From NCBI GenBank assembly GCA_964016885.1, contig OZ024740.1, positions 32,054,001 through 32,118,000 of the forward strand: 64,000 nt of DNA, read 5' to 3'. Of the stretch, positions 30,001-45,000 are shown piece after piece. Made by a program: the position numbers and the translations under genes. The stretch comes from Eledone cirrhosa (Eukaryota). The notes beneath the pieces are model-generated. The model made no database searches and had not been told where the DNA came from. It saw only the letters and a program-made list of their open reading frames with translations. The stretch's first letter is position 1, and each line of letters begins with the position of its first letter.

Positions 30001-33000
30001 TGATAGTATAGAACATGGTTCTGTGTAATGAGAGGGTGATAGTATAGAACATGGTTTTGTGTAATGAGAGGGTGATAGTATAGAACATGGTTCTGTGTAA
30101 TGAGAGGATGATAGTATAGAACATGGTTCTGTGTAATGAGAGGGTGATAGTATAGAACATGGTTCTGTGTAATGAGAGGATGATAGTATAGAACATGGTT
30201 CTGAGTAATGAGAGGGTGATAGTATAGAACATGGTTCTAAGTAATGAGAGGATGATAGTATAGAACATGGTTCTGAGTAATGAGAGGGTGATAGTATAGA
30301 ACATGGTTCTAAGTAATGAGAGGATGATAGTATAGAACATGGTTCTAAGTAATGAGAGGGTGATAGTATAGAACATGGTTCTAAGTAATGAGAGGGTGAT
30401 AGTATAGAACATGGTTCTGTGTAATGAGAGGGTGATAGTATAGAACATGGTTCTGAGTAATGAGAGGGTGATAGTATATAACATGCTTCTGTGTAATGAG
30501 AGGATGATAGTATAGAACATGGTTCTGTGTAATGAGAGGGTGATAGTATAGAACATGGTTCTGTGTAATGAGAGGGTGATAGTATAGAACATGGTTCTGT
30601 GTAATGAGAGGGTGATAGTATAGAACATGGTTCTGTGTAATGAGAGGATGATAGTATAGAACATGGTTCTGAGTAATGAGAGGGTGATAGTATAGAACAT
30701 GGTTCTGAGTAATGAGAGGGTGATAGTATAGAACATGTTTCTGAGTAATGAGAGGGTGATAGTATAGAACATGGTTCTGTGTAATGAGAGGGTGATAGTA
30801 TAGAACATGGTTCTGTGTAATGAGAGGGTGATAGTATAGAACATGGTTCTAAGTAATGAGAGGGTGATAGTATAGAACATGGTTCTGTGTAATGAGAGGA
30901 TGATAGTATAGAACATGGTTCTGTGTAATGAGAGGGTGGTAGTATAGAACATGGTTCTGTGTAATGAGAGGGTGATAGTATAGAACATGGTTCTAAGTAA
31001 TGAGAGGGTGATAGTATAGAACATGGTTCTGTGTAATGAGAGGATGATAGTATAGAACATGGTTCTGAGTAATGAGAGGGTGATAGTATAGAACATGGTT
31101 CTGTGTAATGAGAGGGTGATAGTATAGAACATGGTTCTGAGTAATGAGAGGATGATAGTATAGAACATGGTTCTGTGTAATGAGAGGGTGATAGTATAGA
31201 ACATGGTTCTGTGTAATGAGAGGATGATAGTATAGAACATGGTTCTGTGTAATGAGAGGGTGATAGTATAGAACATGGTTCTGTGTAATGAGAGGATGAT
31301 ACTATAGAACATGGTTCTGTGTAATGAGAGGGTGATAGTATAGAACATGGTTCTGTGTAATGAGAGGATGATAGTATAGAACATGGTTCTAAGTAATGAG
31401 AGGGTGATAGTATAGAACATGGTTCTAAGTAATGAGAGGATGATAGTATAGAACATGGTTCTGTGTAATGAGAGGATGATAGTATAGAACATGGTTCTGA
31501 GTAATGAGAGGGTGATAGTATAGAACATGGTTCTGTGTAATGAGAGGATGATAGTATAGAACATGGTTCTGAGTAATGAGAAGATGATAGTATAGAACAT
31601 GGTTCTGAGTAATGAGAGGGTGATAGTATAGAACATGGTTCTGTGTAATGAGAGGGTGATAGTATAGAACATGGTTCTGTGTAATGAGAGGGTGATAGTA
31701 TAGAACATGGTTCTGTGTAATGAGAGGATGATAGTATAGAACATGGTTCTGAGTAATGAGAGGGTGATAGTATAGAACCTGGTTCTGTGTAATGAGAGGA
31801 TGATAGTATAGAACATGGTTCTGTGTAATGAGAGGGTGATAGTATAGAACATGGTTCTGTGTAATGAGAGGATGATAGTATAGAACATGGTTCTAAGTAA
31901 TGAGAGGGTGATAGTATAGAACATGGTTCTGAGTAATGAGAGGATGATAGTATAGAACATTGTTCTGAGTAATGAGAGGATGATAGTATAGAACATGGTT
32001 CTGAGTAATGAGAGGGTGATAGTATATAACATGGTTCTAAGTAATGAGAGGATGATAGTATAGAACATGGTCCTAAGTAATGAGAGGGTGATAGTATAGA
32101 ACATGGTTCTAAGTAATGAGTGGATGATAGTATAGAACATGGTTCTGTGTAATGAGAGGGTGATAGTATAGAACATGGTTCTAAGTAATGAGAGGGTGAT
32201 AGTATAGAACATGGTTCTGAGTAATGAGAGGGTGATAGTATAGAACATGGTTCTGAGTAATGAGAGGGTGATAGTATAGAACATGGTTCTGTGTAATGAG
32301 AGGATGATAGTATAGAACATGGTTCTGTGTAATGAGAGGGTGATAGTATAGAACATGGTTCTAAGTAATGAGAGGGTGATAGTATAGAACATGGTTCTGT
32401 GTAATGAGAGTATGATAGTATAGAACATGGTTCTGAGTAATGAGAGGGTGATAGTATAGAACATGGTTCCGTGTAATGAGAGGGTGATACTATAGAACAT
32501 GGTTCTGAGTAATGAGAGGGTGATAGTATAGAACATGGTTCTGTGTAATGAGAGGATGATAGTATAGAACATGGTTCTGAGTAATGAGAGGGTGATAGTA
32601 TAGAACATGGTTCTAAGTAATGAGAGGGTGATAGTATAGAACATGGTTCTAAGTAATTAGAGGGTGATAGTATAGAACATGGTTCTGAGTAATGAGAGGG
32701 TGATAGTATAGAACATGGTTCTGAGTAATGAGAGGGTGATAGTATAGAACATGGTTCTGTGTAATGAGAGGGTGATAGAATAGAACATGGTTCTAAGTAA
32801 TGAGAGGGTGATAGTATAGAACATGGTTCTGTGTAATGAGAGGATGATAGTATAGAACATGGTTCTGTGTAATGAGAGTATGATAGTATAGAACATGGTT
32901 CTGAGTAATGAGAGGATGATAGTATAGAACATGGTTCTGTGTAATGAGAGGGTGATAGTATAGAACATGGTTCTAAGTAATGAGAGGGTGATAGTATAGA

Positions 33001-36000
33001 ACATGGTTCTGTGTAATGAGAGGATGATAGTACAGAACATGGTTCTGAGTAATGAGAGGGTGATAGTATAGAACATGGTTCTGTGTAATGAGAGGATGAT
33101 AGTATAGAACATGGTTCTGTGTAATGAGAGGATGATAGTATAGAACATGGTTCTGTGTAATGAGAGGGTGATAGTATAGAACATGGTTCTGTGTAATGAG
33201 AGGGTGATAGTATAGAACATGGTTTTGTGTAATGAGAGGATGATAGTATAGAACATGGTTCTGTGTAATGAGAGGGTGATAGTATAGAACATGGTTCTGT
33301 GTAATGAGAGGATGATAGTATAGAACATGGTTCTAAGTAATGAGAGGATGATAGTATAGAACATGGTTCTAAGTAATGAGAGGATGATAGTATAGAACAT
33401 GGTTCTGTGTAATGAGAGGGTGATAGTATAGAACATGGTTCTAAGTAATGAGAGGATGATAGTATAGAACATGGTTCTGTGTAATGAGAGGATGATAGTA
33501 TAGAACATGGTTCTGAGTAATGAGAGGGTGATAGTATAGAACCTGGTTCTGTGTAATGAGAGGGTGATAGTATAGAACATGGTTCTGTGTAATGAGAGGG
33601 TGATAGTATAGAACATGGTTCTGAGTAATGAGAGGGTGATAGTATAGAACATGGTTCTGTGTAATGAGAGGATGATAGTATAGAACATGGTTCTAAGTAA
33701 TGAGAGGGTGATAGTATAGAACATGGTTCTGTGTAATGAGAGGGTGATAGTATAGAACATGGTTCTGTGTAATGAGAGCGTGATAGTATAGAACATGGTT
33801 CTGTGTAATGAGAGGATGATAGTATAGAACATGGTTCTGAGTAATGAGAGGGTGATAGTATAGAACATGGTTCTGAGTAATGAGAGGGTGATAGTATAGA
33901 ACATGTTTCTGAGTAATGAGAGGGTGATAGTATAGAACATGGTTCTGTGTAATGAGAGGGTGATAGTATAGAACATGGTTCTGTGTAATGAGAGGGTGAT
34001 AGTATAGAACATGGTTCTAAGTAATGAGAGGATGATAGTATAGAACATGGTTCTGTGTAATGAGAGGATGATAGTATAGAACATGGTTCTGTGTAATGAG
34101 AGGATGATAGTATAGAACATGGTTCTGTGTAATGAGAGGGTGATAGTATAGAACATGGTTCTGTGTAATGAGAGGGTGATAGTATAGAACATGGTTTTGT
34201 GTAATGAGAGGGTGATAGTATAGAACATGGTTCTGTGTAATGAGAGGATGATAGTATAGAACATGGTTCTGTGTAATGAGAGGGTGATAGTATAGAACAT
34301 GGTTCTGTGTAATGAGAGGATGATAGTATAGAACATGGTTCTGTGTAATGAGAGGGTGATAGTATAGAACATGGTTCTAAGTAATGAGAGGATGATAGTA
34401 TAGAACATGGTTCTAAGTAATGAGAGGGTGATAGTATAGAACATGGTTCTGAGTAATGAGAGGGTGATAGTATAGAACATGGTTCTGTGTAATGAGAGGG
34501 TGATAGTATAGAACATGGTTCTGTGTAATGAGAGGGTGATAGTATAGAACATGGTTCTGAGTAATGAGAGGGTGATAGTATAGAACCTGGTTCTGTGTAA
34601 TGAGAGGGCGATAGTATAGAACATGGTTCTGTGTAATGAGAGGATGATAGTATAGAACATTGTTCTGAGCAATGAGAGGATGATAGTATAGAACATGGTT
34701 CTGAGTAATGAGAGGGTGATAGTATAGAACATGGTTCTAAGTAATGAGAGGATGATAGTATAGAACATGGTTCTAAGTAATGAGAGGGTGATAGTATAGA
34801 ACATGGTTCTAAGTAATGAGAGGGTGATAGTATAGAACATGGTTCTGTGTAATGAGAGGGTGATAGTATAGAACATGGTTCTGAGTAATGAGAGGGTGAT
34901 AGTATAGAACATGCTTCTGTGTAATGAGAGGATGATAGTATAGAACATGGTTCTGTGTAATGAGAGGGTGATAGTATAGAACATGGTTCTGTGTAATGAG
35001 AGGGTGATAGTATAGAACATGGTTCTGTGTAATGAGAGGGTGATAGTATAGAACATGGTTCTGTGTAATGAGAGGGTGATAGTATAGAACATGGTTCTAA
35101 GTAATGAGAGGGTGATAGTATAGAACATGGTTCTGTGTAATGAGAGGATGATAGTATAGAACATGGTTCTGAGTAATGAGAGGGTGATAGTATAGAACAT
35201 GGTTCTGTGTAATGAGAGGGTGATAGTATAGAACATGGTTCTGAGTAATGAGAGGATGATAGTATAGAACATGGTTCTGTGTAATGAGAGGGTGATAGTA
35301 TAGAACATGGTTCTGTGTAATGACAGGATGATAGTATAGAACATGGTTCTGTGTAATGAGAGGGTGATAGTATAGAACATGGTTCTGTGTAATGAGAGGA
35401 TGATACTATAGAACATGGTTCTGTGTAATGAGAGGGTGATAGTATAGAACATGGTTCTGTGTAATGAGAGGATGATAGTATAGAACATGGTTCTAAGTAA
35501 TGAGAGGGTGATAGTATAGAACATGGTTCTAAGTAATGAGAGGATGATAGTATAGAACATGGTTCTGTGTAATGAGAGGATGATAGTATAGAACATGGTT
35601 CTGAGTAATGAGAGGGTGATAGTATAGAACATGGTTCTGTGTAATGAGAGGATGATAGTATAGAACATGGTTCTGAGTAATGAGAGGATGATAGTATAGA
35701 ACATGGTTCTGAGTAATGAGAGGGTGATAGTATAGAACATGGTTCTGTGTAATGAGAGGGTGATAGTATAGAACATGGTTCTGTGTAATGAGAGGATGAT
35801 AGTATAGAACATGGTCCTAAGTAATGAGAGGGTGATAGTATAGAACATGGTTCTAAGTAATGAGTGGATGATAGTATAGAACATGGTTCTGTGTAATGAG
35901 AGGGTGATAGTATAGAACATGGTTCTAAGTAATGAGAGGGTGATAGTATAGAACATGGTTCTGAGTAATGAGAGGGTGATAGTATAGAACATGGTTCTGT

Positions 36001-39000
36001 GTAATGAGAGGATGATAGTATAGAACATGGTTCTGTGTAATGAGAGGGTGATAGTATAGAACCTGGTTCTGTGTAATAAGAGGATGATAGTATAGAACAT
36101 GGTTCTGTGTAATGAGAGGGTGATAGTATAGAACATGGTTCTGTGTAATGAGAGGATGATAGTATAGAACATGGTTCTAAGTAATGAGAGGGTGATAGTA
36201 TAGAACATGGTTCTGAGTAATGAGAGGATGATAGTATAGAACATTGTTCTGAGTAATGAGAGGATGATAGTATAGAACATGGTTCTGAGTAATGAGAGGG
36301 TGATAGTATATAACATGGTTCTAAGTAATGAGAGGATGATAGTATAGAACATGGTCCTAAGTAATGAGAGGGTGATAGTATAGAACATGGTTCTAAGTAA
36401 TGAGTGGATGATAGCATAGAACATGGTTCTGTGTAATGAGAGGGTGATAGTATAGAACATGGTTCTAAGTAATGAGAGGGTGATAGTATAGAACATGGTT
36501 CTGAGTAATGAGAGGGTGATAGTATAGAACATGGTTCTGTGTAATGAGAGGATGATAGTATAGAACATGGTTCTGTGTAATGAGAGGGTGATAGTATAGA
36601 ACATGGTTCTAAGTAATGAGAGGGTGATAGTATAGAACATGGTTCTGTGTAATGAGAGTATGATAGTATATAACATGGTTCTGAGTAATGAGAGGGTGAT
36701 AGTATAGAACATGGTTCCGTGTAATGAGAGGGTGATAGTATAGAACATGGTTCTGAGTAATGAGAGGGTGATAGTATAGAACATGGTTCTGTGTAATGAG
36801 AGGATGATAGTATAGAACATGGTTCTGAGTAATGAGAGGGTGATAGTATAGAACATGGTTCTAAGTAATGAGAGGGTGATAGTATAGAACATGGTTCTAA
36901 GTAATTAGAGGGTGATAGTATAGAACATGGTTCTGAGTAATGAGAGGGTGATAGTATAGAACATGGTTCTGAGTAATGAGAGGGTGATAGTATAGAACAT
37001 GGTTCTGTGTAATGAGAGGGTGATAGTATAGAACATGGTTCTAAGTAATGAGAGGGTGATAGTATAGAACATGGTTCTGTGTAATGAGAGGATGATAGTA
37101 TAGAACATGGTTCTGTGTAATGAGAGTATGATAGTATAGAACATGGTTCTGAGTAATGAGAGGATGATAGTATAGAACATGGTTCTGTGTAATGAGAGGG
37201 TGATAGTATAGAACATGGTTCTAAGTAATGAGAGGGTGATAGTATAGAACATGGTTCTGTGTAATGAGAGGATGATAGTACAGAACATGGTTCTGAGTAA
37301 TGAGAGGGTGATAGTATAGAACATGGTTCTGTGTAATGAGAGGATGATAGTATAGAACATGGTTCTGTGTAATGAGAGGATGATAGTATAGAACATGGTT
37401 CTGTGTAATGAGAGGGTGATAGTATAGAACATGGTTCTGTGTAATGAGAGGGTGATAGTATAGAACATGGTTTTGTGTAATGAGAGGGTGATAGTATAGA
37501 ACATGGTTCTGTGTAATGAGAGGATGATAGTATAGAACATGGTTCTGTGTAATGAGAGGATGATAGTATAGAACATGGTTCTAAGTAATGAGAGGGTGAT
37601 AGTATAGAACATGGTTCTGAGTAATGAGAGGATGATAGTATAGAACATTGTTCTGAGTAATGAGAGGATGATAGTATAGAACATGGTCCTGAGTAATGAG
37701 AGGGTGATAGTATATAACATGGTTCTAAGTAATGAGAGGATGATAGTATAGAACATGGTCCTAAGTAATGAGAGGGTGATAGTATAGAACATGGTTCTAA
37801 GTAATGAGTGGATAATAGTATAGAACATGGTTCTGTGTAATGAGAGGGTGATAGTATAGAACATGGTTCTGAGTAATGAGAGGGTGATAGTATAGAACAT
37901 GGTTCTGTGTAATGAGAGGATGATAGTATAGAACATGGTTCTGTGTAATGAGAGGGTGATAGTATAGAACATGGTTCTAAGTAATGAGAGTGTGATAGTA
38001 TAGAACATGGTTCTGTGTAATGAGAGTATGATAGTATAGAACATGGTTCTGAGTAATGAGAGGGTGATAGTATAGAACATGGTTCCGTGTAATGAGAGGG
38101 TGATAGTATAGAACATGGTTCTGAGTAATGAGAGGGTGATAGTATAGAACATGGTTCTGTGTAATGAGAGGATGATAGTATAGAACATGGTTCTGAGTAA
38201 TGAGAGGGTGATAGTATAGAACATGGTTCTAAGTAATGAGAGGGTGATAGTATAGAACATGGTTCTAAGTAATTAGAGGGTGATAGTATAGAACATGGTT
38301 CTGAGTAATGAGAGGGTGATAGTATAGAACATGGTTCTGAGTAATGAGAGGGTGATAGTATAGAACATGGTTCTGTGTAATGAGAGGGTGATAGTATAGA
38401 ACATGGTTCTAAGTAATGAGAGGGTGATAGTATAGAACATGGTTCTGTGTAATGAGAGGATGATAGTATAGAACATGGTTCTGTGTAATGAGAGTATGAT
38501 AGTATAGAACATGGTCCTGAGTAATGAGAGGATGATAGTATAGAACATGGTTCTGTGTAATGAGAGGGTGATAGTATAGAACATGGTTCTAAGTAATGAG
38601 AGGGTGATAGTATAGAACATGGTTCTGTGTAATGAGAGGATGATAGTACAGAACATGGTGCTGAGTAATGAGAGGGTTATAGTATAGAACATGGTTCTGT
38701 GTAATGAGAGGATGATAGTATAGAACATGGTTCTGTGTAATGAGAGGATGATAGTATAGAACATGGTTCTGTGTAATGAGAGGGTGATAGTATAGAACAT
38801 GGTTCTGTGTAATGAGAGGGTGATAGTATAGAACATGGTTTTGTGTAATGAGAGGATGATAGTATAGAACATGGTTCTGTGTAATGAGAGGGTGATAGTA
38901 TAGAACATGGTTCTGTGTAATGAGAGGATGATAGTATAGAACATGGTTCTAAGTAATGAGAGGATGATAGTATAGAACATGGTTCTAAGTAATGAGAGGA

Positions 39001-42000
39001 TGATAGTATAGAACATGGTTCTGTGTAATGAGAGGGTGATAGTATAGAACATGGTTCTAAGTAATGAGAGGATGATAGTATAGAACATGGTTCTGTGTAA
39101 TGAGAGGATGATAGTATAGAACATGGTTCTGAGTAATGAGAGGGTGATAGTATAGAACCTGGTTCTGTGTAATGAGAGGGTGATAGTATAGAACATGGTT
39201 CTGTGTAATGAGAGGGTGATAGTATAGAACATGGTTCTGAGTAATGAGAGGGTGATAGTATAGAACATGGTTCTGTGTAATGAGAGGATGATAGTATAGA
39301 ACATGGTTCTAAGTAATGAGAGGGTGATAGTATAGAACATGGTTCTGTGTAATGAGAGGGTGATAGTATAGAACATGGTTCTGTGTAATGAGAGCGTGAT
39401 AGTATAGAACATGGTTCTGTGTAATGAGAGGATGATAGTATAGAACATGGTTCTGAGTAATGAGAGGGTGATAGTATAGAACATGGTTCTGAGTAATGAG
39501 AGGGTGATAGTATAGAACATGTTTCTGAGTAATGAGAGGGTGATAGTATAGAACATGGTTCTGTGTAATGAGAGGGTGATAGTATAGAACATGGTTCTGT
39601 GTAATGAGAGGGTGATAGTATAGAACATGGTTCTAAGTAATGAGAGGATGATAGTATAGAACATGGTTCTGTGTAATGAGAGGATGATAGTATAGAACAT
39701 GGTTCTGTGTAATGAGAGGATGATAGTATAGAACATGGTTCTGTGTAATGAGAGGGTGATAGTATAGAACATGGTTCTGTGTAATGAGAGGGTGATAGTA
39801 TAGAACATGGTTTTGTGTAATGAGAGGGTGATAGTATAGAACATGGTTCTGTGTAATGAGAGGATGATAGTATAGAACATGGTTCTGTGTAATGAGAGGG
39901 TGATAGTATAGAACATGGTTCTGTGTAATGAGAGGATGATAGTATAGAACATGGTTCTGTGTAATGAGAGGGTGATAGTATAGAACATGGTTCTAAGTAA
40001 TGAGAGGATGATAGTATAGAACATGGTTCTAAGTAATGAGAGGGTGATAGTATAGAACATGGTTCTAAGTAATGAGAGGGTGATAGTATAGAACATGGTT
40101 CTGAGTAATGAGAGGGTGATAGTATAGAACATGGTTCTGTGTAATGAGAGGGTGATAGTATAGAACATGGTTCTGTGTAATGAGAGGGTGATAGTATAGA
40201 ACATGGTTCTGTGTAATGAGAGGGTGATAGTATAGAACATGGTTCTGTGTAATGAGAGGATGATAGTATAGAACATGGTTCTGAGTAATGAGAGGGTGAT
40301 AGTATAGAACCTGGTTCTGTGTAATGAGAGGGTGATAGTATAGAACATGGTTCTGTGTAATGAGAGGATGATAGTATAGAACATTGTTCTGAGTAATGAG
40401 AGGATGATAGTATAGAACATGGTTCTGAGTAATGAGAGGGTGATAGTATAGAACATGGTTCTAAGTAATGAGAGGATGATAGTATAGAACATGGTTCTAA
40501 GTAATGAGAGGGTGATAGTATAGAACATGGTTCTAAGTAATGAGAGGGTGATAGTATAGAACATGGTTCTGTGTAATGAGAGGGTGATAGTATAGAACAT
40601 GGTTCTGAGTAATGAGAGGGTGATAGTATAGAACATGCTTCTGTGTAATGAGAGGATGATAGTATAGAACATGGTTCTGTGTAATGAGAGGGTGATAGTA
40701 TAGAACATGGTTCTGTGTAATGAGAGGGTGATAGTATAGAACATGGTTCTGTGTAATGAGAGGGTGATAGTATAGAACATGGTTCTGTGTAATGAGAGGG
40801 TGATAGTATAGAACATGGTTCTAAGTAATGAGAGGGTGATAGTATAGAACATGGTTCTGTGTAATGAGAGGATGATAGTATAGAACATGGTTCTGAGTAA
40901 TGAGAGGGTGATAGTATAGAACATGGTTCTGTGTAATGAGAGGGTGATAGTATAGAACATGGTTCTGAGTAATGAGAGGATGATAGTATAGAACATGGTT
41001 CTGTGTAATGAGAGGGTGATAGTATAGAACATGGTTCTGTGTAATGAGAGGATGATAGTATAGAACATGGTTCTGTGTAATGAGAGGGTGATAGTATAGA
41101 ACATGGTTCTGTGTAATGAGAGGATGATACTATAGAACATGGTTCTGTGTAATGAGAGGGTGATAGTATAGAACATGGTTCTGTGTAATGAGAGGATGAT
41201 AGTATAGAACATGGTTCTAAGTAATGAGAGGGTGATAGTATAGAACATGGTTCTAAGTAATGAGAGGATGATAGTATAGAACATGGTTCTGTGTAATGAG
41301 AGGATGATAGTATAGAACATGGTTCTGAGTAATGAGAGGGTGATAGTATAGAACATGGTTCTGTGTAATGAGAGGATGATAGTATAGAACATGGTTCTGA
41401 GTAATGAGAGGATGATAGTATAGAACATGGTTCTGAGTAATGAGAGGGTGATAGTATAGAACATGGTTCTGTGTAATGAGAGGGTGATAGTATAGAACAT
41501 GGTTCTGTGTAATGAGAGGATGATAGTATAGAACATGGTCCTAAGTAATGAGAGGGTGATAGTATAGAACATGGTTCTAAGTAATGAGTGGATGATAGTA
41601 TAGAACATGGTTCTGTGTAATGAGAGGGTGATAGTATAGAACATGGTTCTAAGTAATGAGAGGGTGATAGTATAGAACATGGTTCTGAGTAATGAGAGGG
41701 TGATAGTATAGAACATGGTTCTGTGTAATGAGAGGATGATAGTATAGAACATGGTTCTGTGTAATGAGAGGGTGATAGTATAGAACCTGGTTCTGTGTAA
41801 TAAGAGGATGATAGTATAGAACATGGTTCTGTGTAATGAGAGGGTGATAGTATAGAACATGGTTCTGTGTAATGAGAGGATGATAGTATAGAACATGGTT
41901 CTAAGTAATGAGAGGGTGATAGTATAGAACATGGTTCTGAGTAATGAGAGGATGATAGTATAGAACATTGTTCTGAGTAATGAGAGGATGATAGTATAGA

Positions 42001-45000
42001 ACATGGTTCTGAGTAATGAGAGGGTGATAGTATATAACATGGTTCTAAGTAATGAGAGGATGATAGTATAGAACATGGTCCTAAGTAATGAGAGGGTGAT
42101 AGTATAGAACATGGTTCTAAGTAATGAGTGGATGATAGTATAGAACATGGTTCTGTGTAATGAGAGGGTGATAGTATAGAACATGGTTCTAAGTAATGAG
42201 AGGGTGATAGTATAGAACATGGTTCTGAGTAATGAGAGGGTGATAGTATAGAACATGGTTCTGTGTAATGAGAGGATGATAGTATAGAACATGGTTCTGT
42301 GTAATGAGAGGGTGATAGTATAGAACATGGTTCTAAGTAATGAGAGGGTGATAGTATAGAACATGGTTCTGTGTAATGAGAGGATGATAGTATAGAACAT
42401 GGTTCTGAGTAATGAGAGGGTGATAGTATAGAACATGGTTCTAAGTAATGAGAGGGTGATAGTATAGAACATGGTTCTAAGTAATTAGAGGGTGATAGTA
42501 TAGAACATGGTTCTGAGTAATGAGAGGGTGATAGTATAGAACATGGTTCTGAGTAATGAGAGGGTGATAGTATAGAACATGGTTCTGTGTAATGAGAGGG
42601 TGATAGTATAGAACATGGTTCTAAGTAATGAGAGGGTGATAGTATAGAACATGGTTCTGTGTAATGAGAGGATGATAGTATAGAACATGGTTCTGTGTAA
42701 TGAGAGTATGATAGTATAGAACATGGTTCTGAGTAATGAGAGGATGATAGTATAGAACATGGTTCTGTGTAATGAGAGGGTGATAGTATAGAACATGGTT
42801 CTAAGTAATGAGAGGGTGATAGTATAGAACATGGTTCTGTGTAATGAGAGGATGATAGTACAGAACATGGTTCTGAGTAATGAGAGGGTGATAGTATAGA
42901 AAAATGGTTCTGTGTAATGAGAGGATGATAGTATAGAACATGGTTCTGTGTAATGAGAGGATGATAGTATAGAACATGGTTCTGTGTAATGAGAGGGTGA
43001 TAGTATAGAACATGGTTCTGTGTAATGAGAGGGTGATAGTATAGAACATGGTTTTGTGTAATGAGAGGGTGATAGTATAGAACATGGTTCTGTGTAATGA
43101 GAGGATGATAGTATAGAACATGGTTCTGTGTAATGAGAGGGTGATAGTATAGAACATGGTTCTGTGTAATGAGAGGATGATAGTATAGAACATGGTTCTG
43201 TGTAATGAGAGGGTGATAGTATAGAACATGGTTCTGTGTAATGAGAGGATGATAGTATAGAACATGGTTCTAAGTAATGAGAGGATGATAGTATAGAACA
43301 TGGTTCTAAGTAATGAGAGGATGATAGTATAGAACATGGTTCTGTGTAATGAGAGGGTGATAGTATAGAACATGGTTCTGAGTAATGAGAGGGTGATAGT
43401 ATAGAACATGGTTCTGTGTAATGAGAGGATGATAGTATAGAACATGGTTCTAAGTAATGAGAGGGTGATAGTATAGAACATGGTTCTGTGTAATGAGAGG
43501 GTGATAGTATAGAACATGGTTCTGTGTAATGAGAGGGTGATAGTATAGAACATGGTTCTGTGTAATGCGAGGATGATAGTATAGAACATGGTTCTGAGTA
43601 ATGAGAGGGTGATAGTATAGAACATGGTTCTGAGTAATGAGAGGGTGATAGTATAGAACATGTTTCTGAGTAATGAGAGGGTGATAGTATAGAACATGGT
43701 TCTGTGTAATGAGAGGGTGATAGTATAGAACATGGTTCTGTGTAATGAGAGGGTGATAGTATAGAACATGGTTCTAAGTAATGAGAGGATGATAGTATAG
43801 AACATGGTTCTGTGTAATGAGAGGATGATAGTATAGAACATGGTTCTGTGTAATGAGAGGATGATAGTATAGAACATGGTTCTGTGTAATGAGAGGGTGA
43901 TAGTATAGAACATGGTTCTGTGTAATGAGAGGGTGATAGTATAGAACATGGTTTTGTGTAATGAGAGGATGATAGTATAGAACATGGTTCTGTGTAATGA
44001 GAGGGTGATAGTATAGAACATGGTTCTAAGTAATGAGAGGATGATAGTATAGAACATGGTTCTAAGTAATGAGAGGGTGATAGTATAGAACATGGTTCTA
44101 AGTAATGAGAGGGTGATAGTATAGAACATGGTTCTGAGTAAGAGAGGGTGATAGTATAGAACATGGTTCTGTGTAATGAGAGGGTGATAGTATAGAACAT
44201 GGTTCTAAGTAATGAGAGGGTGATAGTATAGAACATGGTTCTGTGTAATGAGAGGGTGATAGTATAGAACATGGTTCTGAGTAATGAGAGGGTGATAGTA
44301 TAGAACATGCTTCTGTGTAATGAGAGGATGATAGTATAGAACATGGTTCTGTGTAATGAGAGGGTGATAGTATAGAACATGGTTCTGTGTAATGAGAGGG
44401 TGATAGTATAGAACATGGTTCTGTGTAATGAGAGGGTGATAGTATAGAACATGGTTCTGTGTAATGAGAGGATGATAGTATAGAACATGGTTCTGAGTAA
44501 TGAGAGGGTGATAGTATAGAACATGGTTCTGAGTAATGAGAGGGTGATAGTATAGAACATGTTTCTGAGTAATGAGAGGGTGATAGTATAGAACATGGTT
44601 CTGTGTAATGAGAGGGTGATAGTATAGAACATGGTTCTGTGTAATGAGAGGGTGATAGTATAGAACATGGTTCTAAGTAATGAGAGGGTGATAGTATAGA
44701 ACATGGTTCTGTGTAATGAGAGGATGATAGTATAGAACATGGTTCTGTGTAATGAGAGAGTGGTAGTATAGAACATGGTTCTGTGTAATGAGAGGGTGAT
44801 AGTATAGAACATGGTTCTAAGTAATGAGAGGGTGATAGTATAGAACATGGTTCTGTGTAATGAGAGGATGATAGTATAGAACATGGTTCTGAGTAATGAG
44901 AGGGTGATAGTATAGAACATGGTTCTGTGTAATGAGAGGGTGATAGTATAGAACATGGTTCTGAGTAATGAGAGGATGATAGTATAGAACATGGTTCTGT